From Eledone cirrhosa (lineage: Eukaryota): a stretch of DNA of 64,000 nucleotides. The notes below the pieces were generated by a model. It made no database searches. It was given only the letters and a program-made list of their open reading frames with translations, and was not told the origin of the DNA. The translations under genes and the position numbers were made by a program. How positions within the stretch are numbered: position 1 is the stretch's first letter; every line of letters begins with the position of its first letter. Shown piece after piece: positions 52,243 through 64,000 of this stretch. The stretch covers positions 204,724,001 through 204,788,000 of the forward strand of contig OZ024740.1 of NCBI GenBank assembly GCA_964016885.1, written 5' to 3'.

Positions 52243-53090
52243 CGCTTGCATTCACGATCGTATTCTTTTGGTCATTACCCAAGATTCATGACCATAGGTA
52301 AGGGTTGGCACAAATACTGAATTGAAGATAGCGAGTTTGGCTTTTACGCGCCTTCCTCCCTTCTTCTGATTACTGAATGCTGAAGCTGTCATATTACAGC
52401 ACCCCTTTTTGCAATTCTTGCACTTAATTCAGCCTCCTGCCTTCCATCACTCGTGAACACAGCCCCAAGATACTTGAACTTCTCTACCTGCTTCAGTGGA
52501 ACTCCATTCACATATAGAATACACTGCGCAGGCTTCCTTGAGAGGATGGAAAAACCAACCGGCATTTCTGGTGCCACATCTAAGTAGTGGAGTTTCCCTC
52601 CCCCATCCAAATCTACAGTATCAGAGCCAATGAACTTTGTAAAAGAAACTCCGACTATATCTAGCTGATAGCATCTAGCCTCCTCCACTAGTTCCTTCTC
52701 CTGACCTATAAGGGTTATGATGTTCCAGGTTCCAGTTGTCAAGGTTTGCTCCCTTCTGGACACTCGTTGGGGTCTCGGGATACGCAATCTTCGTGCGTCC
52801 ATCCCACGCCCCCGAAGACAGGTTGAAGGCCCATTGCCAGTTTTTGTGGCATGAAATGGAGACTGCAATATATTTTTCGAAAGTCCCTTGTACCTAAGAC
52901 CTCTCTTGTTAACCAGCGCGAAGGACGATGCGGTATGATTCTTTTTTGTTCCTTTCACCATACTGCAGTTGCTGTTTCGGTGGTCTTATTCGTGCCAGTC
53001 ACCAATCTAATACTTTCTCAGACCCGCGAAACTAGGCTTTTTAAAGGGGACCTTTACCCACCATGTCATAGTTACGCCACTGGGTTGTGA
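52243..53090 (-). mobile_element. Internally deleted RTE-clade LINE
   Basis: 5' UTR plus endonuclease start (GTWNIITL, YQLDIVGVS) fused to the post-RT region (LKQVEKFKYLG); ends at a (TA)n tract. Confidence 0.82.
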
Positions 53091-54887
53091 AAGTTTTTTT
53101 GTTGGAGCTATAAGTGTCACCCATTGTTCCATCTCCCCTAATAGTTTACTGCTGTTGGTCCGGGGCTACTTATTCGTCCGGCAGTTATAAATTGAAAATG
53201 GTAACTAAAGATAAGTTAATTTATCAATAGGGGTGTTTATGGAAAGGCGCATAATGGAGGATGTCAAAAAAAAGTTGCTTCAAGATGAATTAACAGGAAC
53301 TGGCGTAAAGAAGGTGAGGTCGAAAGAAAAAAAATTGTGAGGAAAATATATTTAGAAATATCTTTGAAACGTCTTCATAAACGCAACATATAATTCATAA
53401 TAAAAATAGCTGGCAGGTATTAAGAGCAGAAAGATTAGAATATTTTAAAAAGGCGTATGAACCCATGCACAATATATTTACGTGGAATAAACACGTAGCC
53501 TAAGTATTTTAGGCTACGTCTATGCTATCGTTAATTAAGCTAGCCAGTAGAAAAGAATATACATTTTATAGCTATCATATATTTACAGATTTGTAAATAG
53601 AAAGATAAATACTTCCTAAAAAGGAAATTACTAATTTTATTGTAATAAAAAAAAAATGAATATTTCCTAATCAGTTAGATGTGTACTTTTCAGTCTGCAA
53701 GATCAGTAAATATTTATAGACAGTATTGTGAACAGAGGAGGGTAAAATTTAAAATGTGACAGTTGTTTGTTAGCTGTAATTGTTTAGCTTTGATTGAGCA
53801 GAATTATTATTAATGACGTTCCAGTCATGACCATTCCGTATTTTCCGCCAAGCTAATGTATCAGGACTACATTATCGGCGTCCTTTCGTTTTATCTACAC
53901 AACACGCACCACTAATTTCGACAGGGCAATGAAATAATTTCGTTTTACATTCATTTAAATTAATTACAATAATTTTCTGTTCTATTTTCTTTAATGATTA
54001 TCAAACAATTATAAATTTCGTTCATTTTCGTTTTTTATTGTCCTATTGTCTTCATTTTTATTCTATTCATTTCTCATTAACTTCATTGCCAGAAATTGCT
54101 GGGATTCAATGATACGTAAAGTCTATTTAAACGAAAGAACGCCACTTTATGCTATCTATCTTTCCTATTTTTAATACAGTTGGGAATGATTTATAAGAGA
54201 GAGATTTCGGTTTTTAAAAAGTCTTAGGTCGGTGCTTATCTCGATTTCCTTGGCGTTAAACAATTGATAGTACAGGACCACCCACTGGACATGACCCCAG
54301 TCCATTACAAGGTTAAACTCCCTGCTACTGCTGGTACTCGTTTTCATCTAAGTATATTTAAAGAATACAACACACACCCAGCCCAGGAATCGAACCCACG
54401 ATATCATATATATATAAAATTTAATGTCCCTTCCTTCAGATTGCGTTTTCTATTAATAATATTAAGGCAAAATTGTTAATGAAATTTTGAAGAAATACGT
54501 TTCCGAAGTGTGGATAATGATTATGTTGCTGATTCTGCTTATTAATTTATTTATTTTGTAGTATATTATTTCATTCTGTTTTATTTATTTATTTGTAGAA
54601 ATAACTTTTACGTTCTAGAATTATTCTGATTGATATTATTCATTATCAACATAAAGTAGGATGGCATGATGAAAAAAGTATTCATTAATGAAAGCATAAA
54701 CGAACAGAAGTATACAATAATGAAAGTATTTTTAATCGTAACCTTCACCTTTGATAAACGTTCCCTGCAAAATTTCATTCAAAAGGTATGTATGAAGAAA
54801 ACTATGAGGAAACAACATCGGTGAGTGGGACTAAACTGCAATTATGCCTACAGGGTTGTTTTTTTATGAATGTGTATATAAATGAAT

Positions 54888-57715
54888 GGCGCCATTAGGA
54901 TTGGCAGTATCAGTGGAGCGTCGGATGTGCTTTATGGCATAGGGTTACGCCCCTTTACGATCCGAGTTCAAATCCTGCCGAGGTTGGCTTTGCCTTTCAT
55001 CCTTACATGGTCAATAAAATAAAGCACCAGTAATGCACTGAGGTCGATTTAATCGACTTTCCCCTCCCTCAAAATTACTGGCCTTGTGCCTATAGTAGAA
55101 ATCATTATTAAGCTGAATTATTAGGATTGGCCGTATCGGTAGAGCGTCGGACAACATACTTTGCAGCACAGTTACGACCCTTTACGTTCTAAGTTCAAAT
55201 CCCGCCGAGGTTAGCTTTGCCTTTCATCCTTACGGGGTCGATATAAATAAGAACCAGTAATGCACTGAGGTCGATTTAATTGACTCTCCCCTCCCCTTCA
55301 AATTGCTGGCATTGTGCCTAAAGTAGAAACAATTATTAGGCTAAATTATGCTAAAATCTGAAGTTTTACTCATAATTGCATAAATAATATTACATATAAA
55401 AGAAAGAAAAGAAAAAATACTGAAGCAGGCAATACACATATCTTGGACCACATACAACCAAAGACAAGAGAAAGGGGTGGACAAACGAACCGCTGCCAGA
55501 ACAAAGAATAGCATTTAGTTACGACCTTTTACGTTCTTGGTTCAAATCTCGCCGGGGAAAACTTTGACTTTCGTCCTTCTGGACTCGATAAAATAAAATA
55601 CCAGCCAAGAACTGGAGCCGAAGTAATCGACGTTCCCATCTTCCAAAAATTGTTGGCCTTGTGTCTAAATTAGAAACCATTTGGAAACAATCGTTTAGAG
55701 TGTCAGACAAAATGTTTTGCGATACTTAGTTATGAAATTTTACGTTCTCACTTCAAACCCCACCGTCAGTTTTGCATTTCATCCTTCTAGGGTCGATAAA
55801 ATAAAATATCAGTCAAGAATTAGGTCAATATAATCACCCACCCCCCCCTCCTACCAAAATTGCTGGCTTTGTTCCTAAATTAGAAACTATTATTATATTA
55901 GTTGGACTAAGAACGAACACATGAAATAACCTGTAAAAAAAAATAGCTGCAAAAATGGATTTATTTGGGCAGTAAGCCACAATATTTATTATACATGCCT
56001 TTGGGAGAGCATTTAACTACATAAACGAAGTTAATTTTGCTTCAATGAGTAATAGATATAAACTAGGTCACGGACTCGACTCACCAATAGTTTTATTTCT
56101 TGCTTCTACACAGCTTTTAAAGAGATAATTATCCGTGTTCAAAACATATCCTAAATAATTATTAAATACTAAATACTAAGATAAGTAGGATAGCAAATTA
56201 AAACATATTTATTATTTATAACAGTTAAAGGCGATAGATTGACAGACGAATGGTTAGTAGTATTTATCTAATCTCTTTTTGGTTTGAGTTCAAATCCTGC
56301 CGAAGTCAACTTTGCCTTTCATCCTTTTGTGATCGATATAATTGACTTTCCCCTCCCTACAAATTACCTGCCTTGTGTCTAAATTAGAAGTCATATACTT
56401 AAAACATGTGTTCACGATCGTAATGTCCATGAGTTCAATTTCTGGATTCGGCGACGCGTTGTGTTCTTGAGCAAGACACTTTATTTCACGTTGCTCCAGT
56501 TCACTCAGCTGTAGAAATAAATCTTCCTGAGTGTACTTACTTTTCGATTGTCAGTTTTGGTTTTTGTGTGATGTGCGAAGACACCAACCAGCCAACAAAC
56601 ATCTCTCTTCTATATGATATATAGATATAGATAAAGGCATTCAGGTAATCTTGTCGATAATGTGCCTAGTTAAAAATAACATTAACGATAATGTGGGGTC
56701 TTAAAAAATATATATAACATGACTTTCTTTGAAACTACGGAAACGAATGCTTCGTTTTTCTGATCTTAGTAAAGTACCTTGCATTATCTATTTAAGTTTT
56801 GCGGTGGATTGGCAGTATCGGTAGAGGGTCGGACGCCATGCTTTCCAGCATAGTTACGTCCCTTTACGATCTGAGTTCAAATCCCGCCGAGGTTGACTTT
56901 GCCTTTCATCCTTACGGGGTCGATAAAATAAAGTACCAGTAATGCACTGAGTGATTGCTGGTCTTGTGCCTAAAGTAGAAACAATTATCTATTTAAGTTT
57001 TGAATTCAGATCCCGCCGCTCTCTCTTTATTATTTAATTATTGTTGTTGTTGTTTTTTCATGTATATTTGTAGAAACGGGTGTCAATAATGAAATGACTT
57101 TATTTTTCGTCTCTTTCTTTTTTCTACATTATTATTATTATTGTTCTCTGAGGGCGGTGGATTGGCAGTATCGGTAGAGGGTCGGACGCCATGCTTTGAC
57201 GCATAGAGTTACGGCCCTTATCATTCTGAGTTCAAATCCCGCCGAGGTTAACTTTGCATTCATCCTTACGGGGTCGATAAAATAAAGTAATTGCTGGCCT
57301 TGTGTCAAAAGTAGAAACAATTATTATTATTGTTCTTCACATTGATTTGGAGTCGTGTGCCAAAGTTAGACCAATGAGTTAATAGAATTGCATTTAGTTA
57401 CGGCACTTTACTTTCTGCTTTCAAATCTCACGGAGGTCAACTTTGCTCCCGGGGTTGATATAATCGATTTCCTCCAAATTGCTGGTCTTATGCCAATGTT
57501 AGAATTGGTCGAATCGTTTGAGCATCGGACAAAATGATTTGCGGTATTTAGTTACAGCTAATTTACATTCTGGGTTCAAATCCCGCGGAGGTCAACTTTG
57601 CTTTCCATTTTTCCTCTTTCCGGGGTTCATAAAATAAAGTATCCGTTCAGATTTGATCGACCTACTTCTTACCCTAAACGTGCTGGTCTTGTGTGTAAAT
57701 TAGAAACCATTATTA
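54888..57715 (+). mobile_element. Cluster of about 9-10 same-strand Deu/Nin-like SINEs of mixed age
   Basis: Copies near 54888, 55122, 55515, 55685, 56230, 56800, 57152, 57380 and 57505; B-box GTTCAAATCC and gcctttcatcc..ggggtcgataaaata. Confidence 0.85.
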
Positions 57716-58554
57716 ATTATTATTCAACATGACTAAACATGTTTTAAACTATGTTATGAATATTAAATATGCTTTTACAAACGGAACAGTTTCGTCATCA
57801 TTTCCTAATGTCGTTCGAAATAATTTTATACTTAGATAATAAGTACAGAAATAAAGATAAATAAAAGCAACAATAACAAAAAGCAAACAGTGAAAACAAA
57901 AGAGACGAGTAGTTAGGGGATTAAAACATATTTTTGAACTAGTTTTCAATGAAACGGACAGGGGCGTTTTAGTTACTGCCTCTTTCATTGACTAAGAAAT
58001 AATATAGTAGAGTATCTGAAATAAAACCTTTATGAAACTCCCTCTCGTAACAATCTGTTGTGACAGATAATACTGTAATTGTAAGAAGAATGAAAAGAAA
58101 CAAGCAGCCTAATAGAAGGGGAAAGACAGAAAGGGGTTGTAAATGATATTTTTAAAAATAATAATAAAGACATTTTATTTTACTTTATTTTTATCCTTTC
58201 AGTTTTATTCATACATATTTAACTTGTTAAAGAACCTCAAATTCTTTTCTACCCATTGTACCTGTAAATTTGCAGCTTAAATACTCACAGCTAGAGGAGA
58301 TGTAAGTTTATTATCTGTAAATATATTTGTATAAGGGTTCATTCATACACTTTCATTAAATTGGGTCACTATAGTTTAGTGTCCCCAACTTTGTTTCCTC
58401 ATAGCTCTCTTTATAATGAATATATTTTAATGAATTTTTGCAGAGATACGTTTTCCAATGTGTAGATTACGGTTAAAATAATTTAATTTTTTTTTTAAAT
58501 ACCTTTATTACTGTATATTTCCGTTTACTGAATACTTTCGATCCTGCGTGAATG

Positions 58555-58860
58555 AAACCCCATAAATGCCATTGTGTAGCCATAATCGTCTGGTTCGGGC
58601 TGTTACCATTCTCTTGTCACTATAGTTCAGGTCGGCTACCTCAGTACGCCGCCGCCTTGAACGACGTTATCAGGAGCCTTGGCGCGGCCGGTTTCCCATC
58701 ACAACTGGAGCCGGCCAGTCTCAACAAGATAGCCTTTTTCCTGTTCGAGATGAGGAAAGGTAAATCTCTAATCTGGAACGCCAAGCACTGCAACACATTC
58801 TCCTTCAATCTTGAAGCTCATGATGTAGAATAACGGAAGATATCCAGATATCTGGACTTG
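58555..58860 (+). mobile_element. CRE-like LINE fragment
   Basis: AALNDVIRSLGAAGFPSQLEP, GKSLIWNA. Confidence 0.72.
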
Positions 58861-59097
58861 ACCGTTTCTACCCGTCAAAAAACATGAGAAAAACTCATTG
58901 AATATCTTAATCCTTGGGGAGGGGGGTCCTAAATGCAAGGATCAACGGTCAATGTGTCTATATGGTTTAAAGTACTAAAAATTATATCAATTATCTAGTA
59001 GGAGTATTGCTACCAGAATGAAAACAGATTGATTAGACATATGTGAGGGGGAAAGAATGGGTCAAAAACCAGTCTATGCAACATTGACAAACAGATT

Positions 59098-59413
59098 GTT
59101 GAGGGCCAGAGCTGTGTTTTCACTGCTCAGCTAAGGTGAGACTGTCTAACTGACTGGTGAGGGCCAGAAGTGCGTTTTCATAGTTCAGCAAAGGTGACAC
59201 TGTCTAACTGACTGCTGAGGGCCAGAAATGTGTTTTCATAGCTCAGCTAAGGTAACACGGTCTAACGGACTGCTGGGGGCCAGAGGTGTGTTTTCGCTGC
59301 TCAGTTAAGGTGACACTGTCTGACTTCTGAAGGCCAGAGTTGTATCTTCACTGCTGAAACTAAGGTGACACTGACTAACTGACTGCTGAGGGCCAGAAGT
59401 GTGTTTCTACTGC
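59098..59413. repeat. 58-bp minisatellite, ~5.5 units
   Basis: gagggccaga..tgtgttttca..gctcagctaaggtgacactgtctaactgactgct at 59101, 59159, 59217, 59275, 59329, 59388. Confidence 0.92.
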
Positions 59414-59897
59414 ATGACCCATTTTGTTTCAGCTTTTTTTTTAACCATCCCACTGAAAAAAGACACTTTCTATGAAAACAAAGTTCTCATGAGTACATCC
59501 GATACCCTTGTAACATTGGCTAGAATATGTGATTGTGAGTGTTTAATTACATCTAAAATGTTAAAATAAAAATATTTTTAGCAGTGAAAAACAAAAGAAA
59601 CACATTTATACAAAAGCACAGATATACCACATTTACTGTTACTATTATTAGCTCTAAAGGGTGGTGGATTGGCAGTAACAGTAGTGCGTTGGACACCATG
59701 CTTTGAGGCATAGAGTTATGTTCCTTTATGTTCTCAGTTCAAATCCCACCATAGTTTGCTTCAGCAGTATTACTAAATATAGTAGAATAAATGTGGCAAT
59801 TGGGATTATTTAACTTTTTTGTTGTCTTTGACGACTAATTAAAGGGAATAGAGTAAATCATTAGAACATCTAACTGATAAAATGACAAGTAAGTCAA

Positions 59898-60630
59898 TCA
59901 TATTGGTGGCCTCCCCACAGCCCCGGCTGACAGAATGGAGAAGGCGTTTCCCAGGAGGACGGCAAGGGAGATGTGCTGGAAAAACCATTCCAGCTCGCAA
60001 GGCTCACACCTGCGGCTGGCCAGCTCACTGCCTATGGTGGTATGTAGGGAGGTAGCCCTAGGGCCAAGGACACCAGAAGTCTCCACTGCCAAGGGTACAA
60101 CTGCAAACCTGTCGGACAGCGACCGGTATTAGGAGAGTTTGGCCTCCTCAGTCCGACATGCAGCAGAACCTGGGTTAGTTGCAGACTGCACCAGGTTGCG
60201 GCTGGAGAAAGTGTCAGTGCAAGTGGCATCCCAGATGAGGGGTTTGCCACTGCGGAACGGAAAGATGGTCATGCCATCTGGCCTTTTGCCATCCCCTCGG
60301 TCCAGCCCCATCGGCTTGAGCTGGGAAGGGAAGCCTGCAGCGTCGAAGCCATGCTTTATGACCTCATTGAGGGTAGCCGGCACTATGGCGACAGGAAAGC
60401 AGGTGGAGGCCGAAAGAGTCCATGGTGGATCTGCAATTACATTGGCGTGGCTGCAGATCCGGAGACCAAGGCTCAAGGAAACGCCAATGCGCAGGCTATT
60501 GTTATCCAGCTACATGCCAGTGGAGAAGGAGGGCAAGGCATGGAGCCAGGCACCACTGTGGGGTTTGGAGGCCGCACGAAAACAGGCAAGGCAGTGCTGG
60601 ATGAGCTGGCGCGTGAGCCTGTTGCTGTTC
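59898..60630 (-). mobile_element. CRE-like LINE C-terminus (zinc knuckle plus restriction-like endonuclease)
   Basis: HSGAWLHALP, MDSFGLHLLSC, GKRPDGMTIFPFRSGKPLIWDATCTDT, AVETSGVLGP, FQHISLAVLLGNA; frameshifted. Confidence 0.88.
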
Positions 60631-61164
60631 ATCTTTATGGGGTCAATAAAATAAAGTACCAGTAATGCACTGGGGTTGAATCAATCAACATTCCCCTCCC
60701 CCCAAATTGTTGGCCTTGTGCCTAAATCATAAACCATTCTTAACTCTACAAGAGTAATACATTGACAGGATATTTAGTATAAAAAGAAATGCTTTGAAGA
60801 ATTTCTAGTTCTGAGTAAAAAATCCTCTAAGGTAAACTTTGTCTTTCATTCTTCCAGGGTCAATAAAACAAAGTATCAGTCAAGTACAGGAGTTAATTTA
60901 ATCACCTATCGTTTACTCTAAATCGCTGGTTTTGTGATTAAATTATAGGTGAATTGGCAGTATCGGTAGAGGGTTGGACGCCATGCTTTCTAGCATAGTT
61001 ACGTCCCTTTACGGTTTGAGTTCAAATCCCGCCGGGGTCGATAAAATAAAGTACCAGTAATATACTGGATAATTGCTGGCCTTGTGCCTAAAGTAGAAAC
61101 AATTATTAGTAACTCAATGTATTATACACTTTCTGTTATAAACACACACACCACCACCAACAAC

Positions 61165-61655
61165 TTTTGAGCCTAGGAGAGCAGTTGCTCTGAATAAAAT
61201 AAAATTGTACAGAGCATATGTTAAGCTTTCTAAACCATTGAGAAGGCAGACCGTCTAGGATGGGAGAGACCCTGATTAAAAATGACTGCATAGGGCAGAC
61301 ATGGAACCTGTAGCTGTAAATGAAGGCAGTTCATCTAGGAGGGCAGTGACTGTAATTAAAAACAGTTGCTCAGAGCAGACGTGCACTCCACAAGCAATAA
61401 TGAAGACAGCTTGTCTAGGAAAGCAGTGATGCCATTAAAAACGATTGCACAGGACAGACAAGCACTCTGTAAGCCGTTGTGAAGGTAACCAATCTAGGAG
61501 TGTAGTAACTCCAATTGAAAACGACTGTATGTGGCAGACTTGGCCTCCATAAGCCACAATGAAGGCAACTTCTCTAGGAGAGTTGACACTCTGAATAAAA
61601 GCTGATATAGGGTAGATAGGACTCTTAAATTCAGTAAGACAACCTCTCTAGTGCT
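61165..61655 (+). repeat. Diverged ~80-bp tandem array upstream of an RTE LINE
   Basis: CTAGGA anchors at 61173, 61255, 61335, 61415, 61494, 61574; degenerate seventh near 61648. Confidence 0.85.
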
Positions 61656-61903
61656 AGGGGTACAAATAATGCACCAAGTCCACACTGTAAAGTAGTTTGT
61701 GATAGGAAGGGCTTCCAGTTAGAAAAAACCCACCAAAATTATAGAAAGCACAACACATAAGATTCACACTAATTTAGGACTAACACTAGTCTTGTTAGTG
61801 CTGCAGATGGTAGAAGGATGGCTAGAGGAGCCATGAACAAGAACCCCTTGACCATCATCAAGCAATCATACAGCATTTTCCCTTCCAAGTACAAAGAACT
61901 ACT

Positions 61904-63950
61904 ATGCAAAGAATTAACTTTCAAGTTACACATCTCAGGAATGCCACTCTCAATGTTGACACCCTGATAGATAAATCAGGTGAAATAGTGGAGCTATTAG
62001 AGAGAGAAGGAGACGTATACTGTGTACATGAGGCAAGATGGAGAGGTGCCTCAGCAAGAATACTCACAGGCAAACAACATAGATACAAGCTTTACTGGGG
62101 AGGAAATGATGATGGGGTATGCGGTGTAGGCACATTACTAGATGAGGAATGGATAGATAAGGTGATAGAGATAGAGTAAGTGACAGAATTATCAAGCTTA
62201 AATTAGCTGTAGGAAATAAGTGACAACTACATCTACCTATGCACCACAGGCAGGACTGAGTAAAGAACAAAAGGACCAGTTTTATGAGGAACCTTTACAG
62301 ACAACCTCAATTACTGATGAAAGAGACCTCATCATCTTGGCAGGCAACTTCAATGAACATGTTGGACAGTACCAGGATGGATTCACTGGAGTCCACAACA
62401 GCTGTGGTTATGGCTAAAGAAATGAAGAGGGAGTGAGGCTCCTGGAATTCTGTGATTCAAAAGAACTAACAATTTGCAACACAAATTTCAGGAAACAGGC
62501 CAGCCAATCAGGCAAAAACATAAGCCAGTTTGATTTCTTACTTATAAGACAACGTGGCTAAGGCCTTTCCTGAAGAAGAATGTATTACCTAACACAAGTT
62601 AGTTATTAGTGACATCGGTATAAACACAAGATGGAACAAGATACTCAGGAAAATATGGTGGTTTGGAAGCTAAGAGACCTTTCTGTTAAATATAGGTTTA
62701 GAAAAGCTGTATGGGATGCATTTGATGAAAGAAGAGATGAGTTAGATTCACATGACATAGAAGACAATTGGAAATTCTTATGTGACAACCTATTGCAAAC
62801 TACTGATGAAACCTGTGGCTAGAACAAAGCACTAACGAGACAGAGGGTGACCTGGTGGAAAAGGGCAGTGGATAGAGCCATTAAAGCTAAGAGACAGGTG
62901 TGGAAAGACTGGGAAAATGAGGGTAGCAGAGACCAGTACCAGTTAGCTAAGAGAGAAGCTAGATAACAGGTATATATAGCCCAGAAAGAGGCTAAAAAAG
63001 GAACGTTTGCTAATGTCTTGTGACATGAGGATCAGAGACATGAAGTGTTCCACATTTCAAGGAGTGTGTCAGTGTGAATCAGGATGTTCTTGAGGAAAAG
63101 TGTGTTAGAAATTGCACTGGTGCACTTAACACCACTGATGCCCAAAAGAAAGAGGCCTGGAAATGTTACTGAGAGGCTGATGAATGGGAAGAACAGAGAC
63201 CTCCTACTTACCCAACAGTGGGACCAGCTATTGAAATTGATAGTTATAGGGTCAAAGATGCAATCAAGAAAATGAAGAATGATGAAGCTGAGGGATCATG
63301 AAAGATAGTTTTTAAGATGCTGAAAGCATCTGAAGAAGTAGGAGCCAAATTAGTAATTCACATATAGTCAATCAGGTAATACAGGACAGAGTCATACCTA
63401 ATGACTAGCACAGCAGTACAATCGTAAATTGCTATAAGGGCAAAGATGATGCTCTAGAAAGGAGCAACTACAAGGGAATAAAACTAATGGACCATGTTAT
63501 GAAAATGAGAGAAAGAGTTCTAGCACTGTTAGATGAGATGCAGTTCGGTTCTCTGCCTGGGGAAAGTACTACAGATGCCCTCCTTTTAGTGAGACAACTA
63601 CAAGAGAAGTTCCTAACCAAGACTAAGCTGTTATTTTTAGCTTTTGTTGATCTAAAAAAGACCTTTGACAGAGTACCTCATTCTGTTATCTCATGGTCCT
63701 TAACAAAATTAGGTGTTGATGAATGACTTGTGAGTGCAGTGGAAGCCACGTACAGAGGAGCAGTCAGTAAAGTGAGAGTAGGAAGTGAGTTTAGTAGAAA
63801 TTCAAGGCGCAGGTTCATCAGGGTTCAGTTCTTAGCCCATTGCTATTCATCAGAGCTCTCCAGGCCATAACAGAGAAGTTTAAGACTGGCTGGCCATGGG
63901 AACTTCTCTAGGCAGATAAACTGGTCCTTATAGCTGAATCCAATAAGAGA
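61904..63950 (+). pseudogene. Decayed RTE-clade LINE ORF (APE endonuclease plus RT)
   Basis: ATLNVDTL, CVHEARWRG, YAPQAG, AGNFNEHVG, MQFGSLPGESTTDA, AFVDLKKTFDRVP, HQGSVLSPLLF; many stops and frameshifts. Confidence 0.92.
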
Positions 63951-64000
63951 GTATCAGTGATATAAATCTTTTCCAATCACATGAAAGGTCCATAGAAGTG

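Noticed and set aside
59098-59413. CRISPR-like array
   Set aside because: Whole 58-bp units are homologous with no unique spacers; eukaryotic context with no cas genes. The same applies to the arrays at 27, 35.5 and 61.2 kb

Overview
AT-rich, repeat-saturated eukaryotic DNA, most likely coleoid cephalopod (Octopus-like); this is inferred from the tRNA-derived SINE families and the abundant (TA)n/(ATG)n/(CA)n tracts. I recognise no intact host gene, rRNA, genuine tRNA or CRISPR array, and most ORFs in the track are microsatellite or minisatellite read-throughs. Supported content: a young but disrupted L1/Tx1-clade LINE (47.5-51.3 kb); several decayed RTE and CRE-like LINE fragments; a Penelope-type GIY-YIG remnant between inverted repeats; non-autonomous Helitrons, one carrying a hAT transposase pseudogene; hAT, piggyBac and Tc1/mariner MITEs; many SINEs; and minisatellites of 15, 20, 24, ~42, 58 and ~80 bp. 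The most striking unexplained pattern is that (TA)n tracts are repeatedly abutted by near-perfect fold-back palindromes or by copies of nearby sequence (at least six cases). This suggests a local templated-insertion process at (TA)n, although assembly artefact must be excluded. Coordinates were read by eye; repeat boundaries are approximate unless TIRs/TSDs are quoted.
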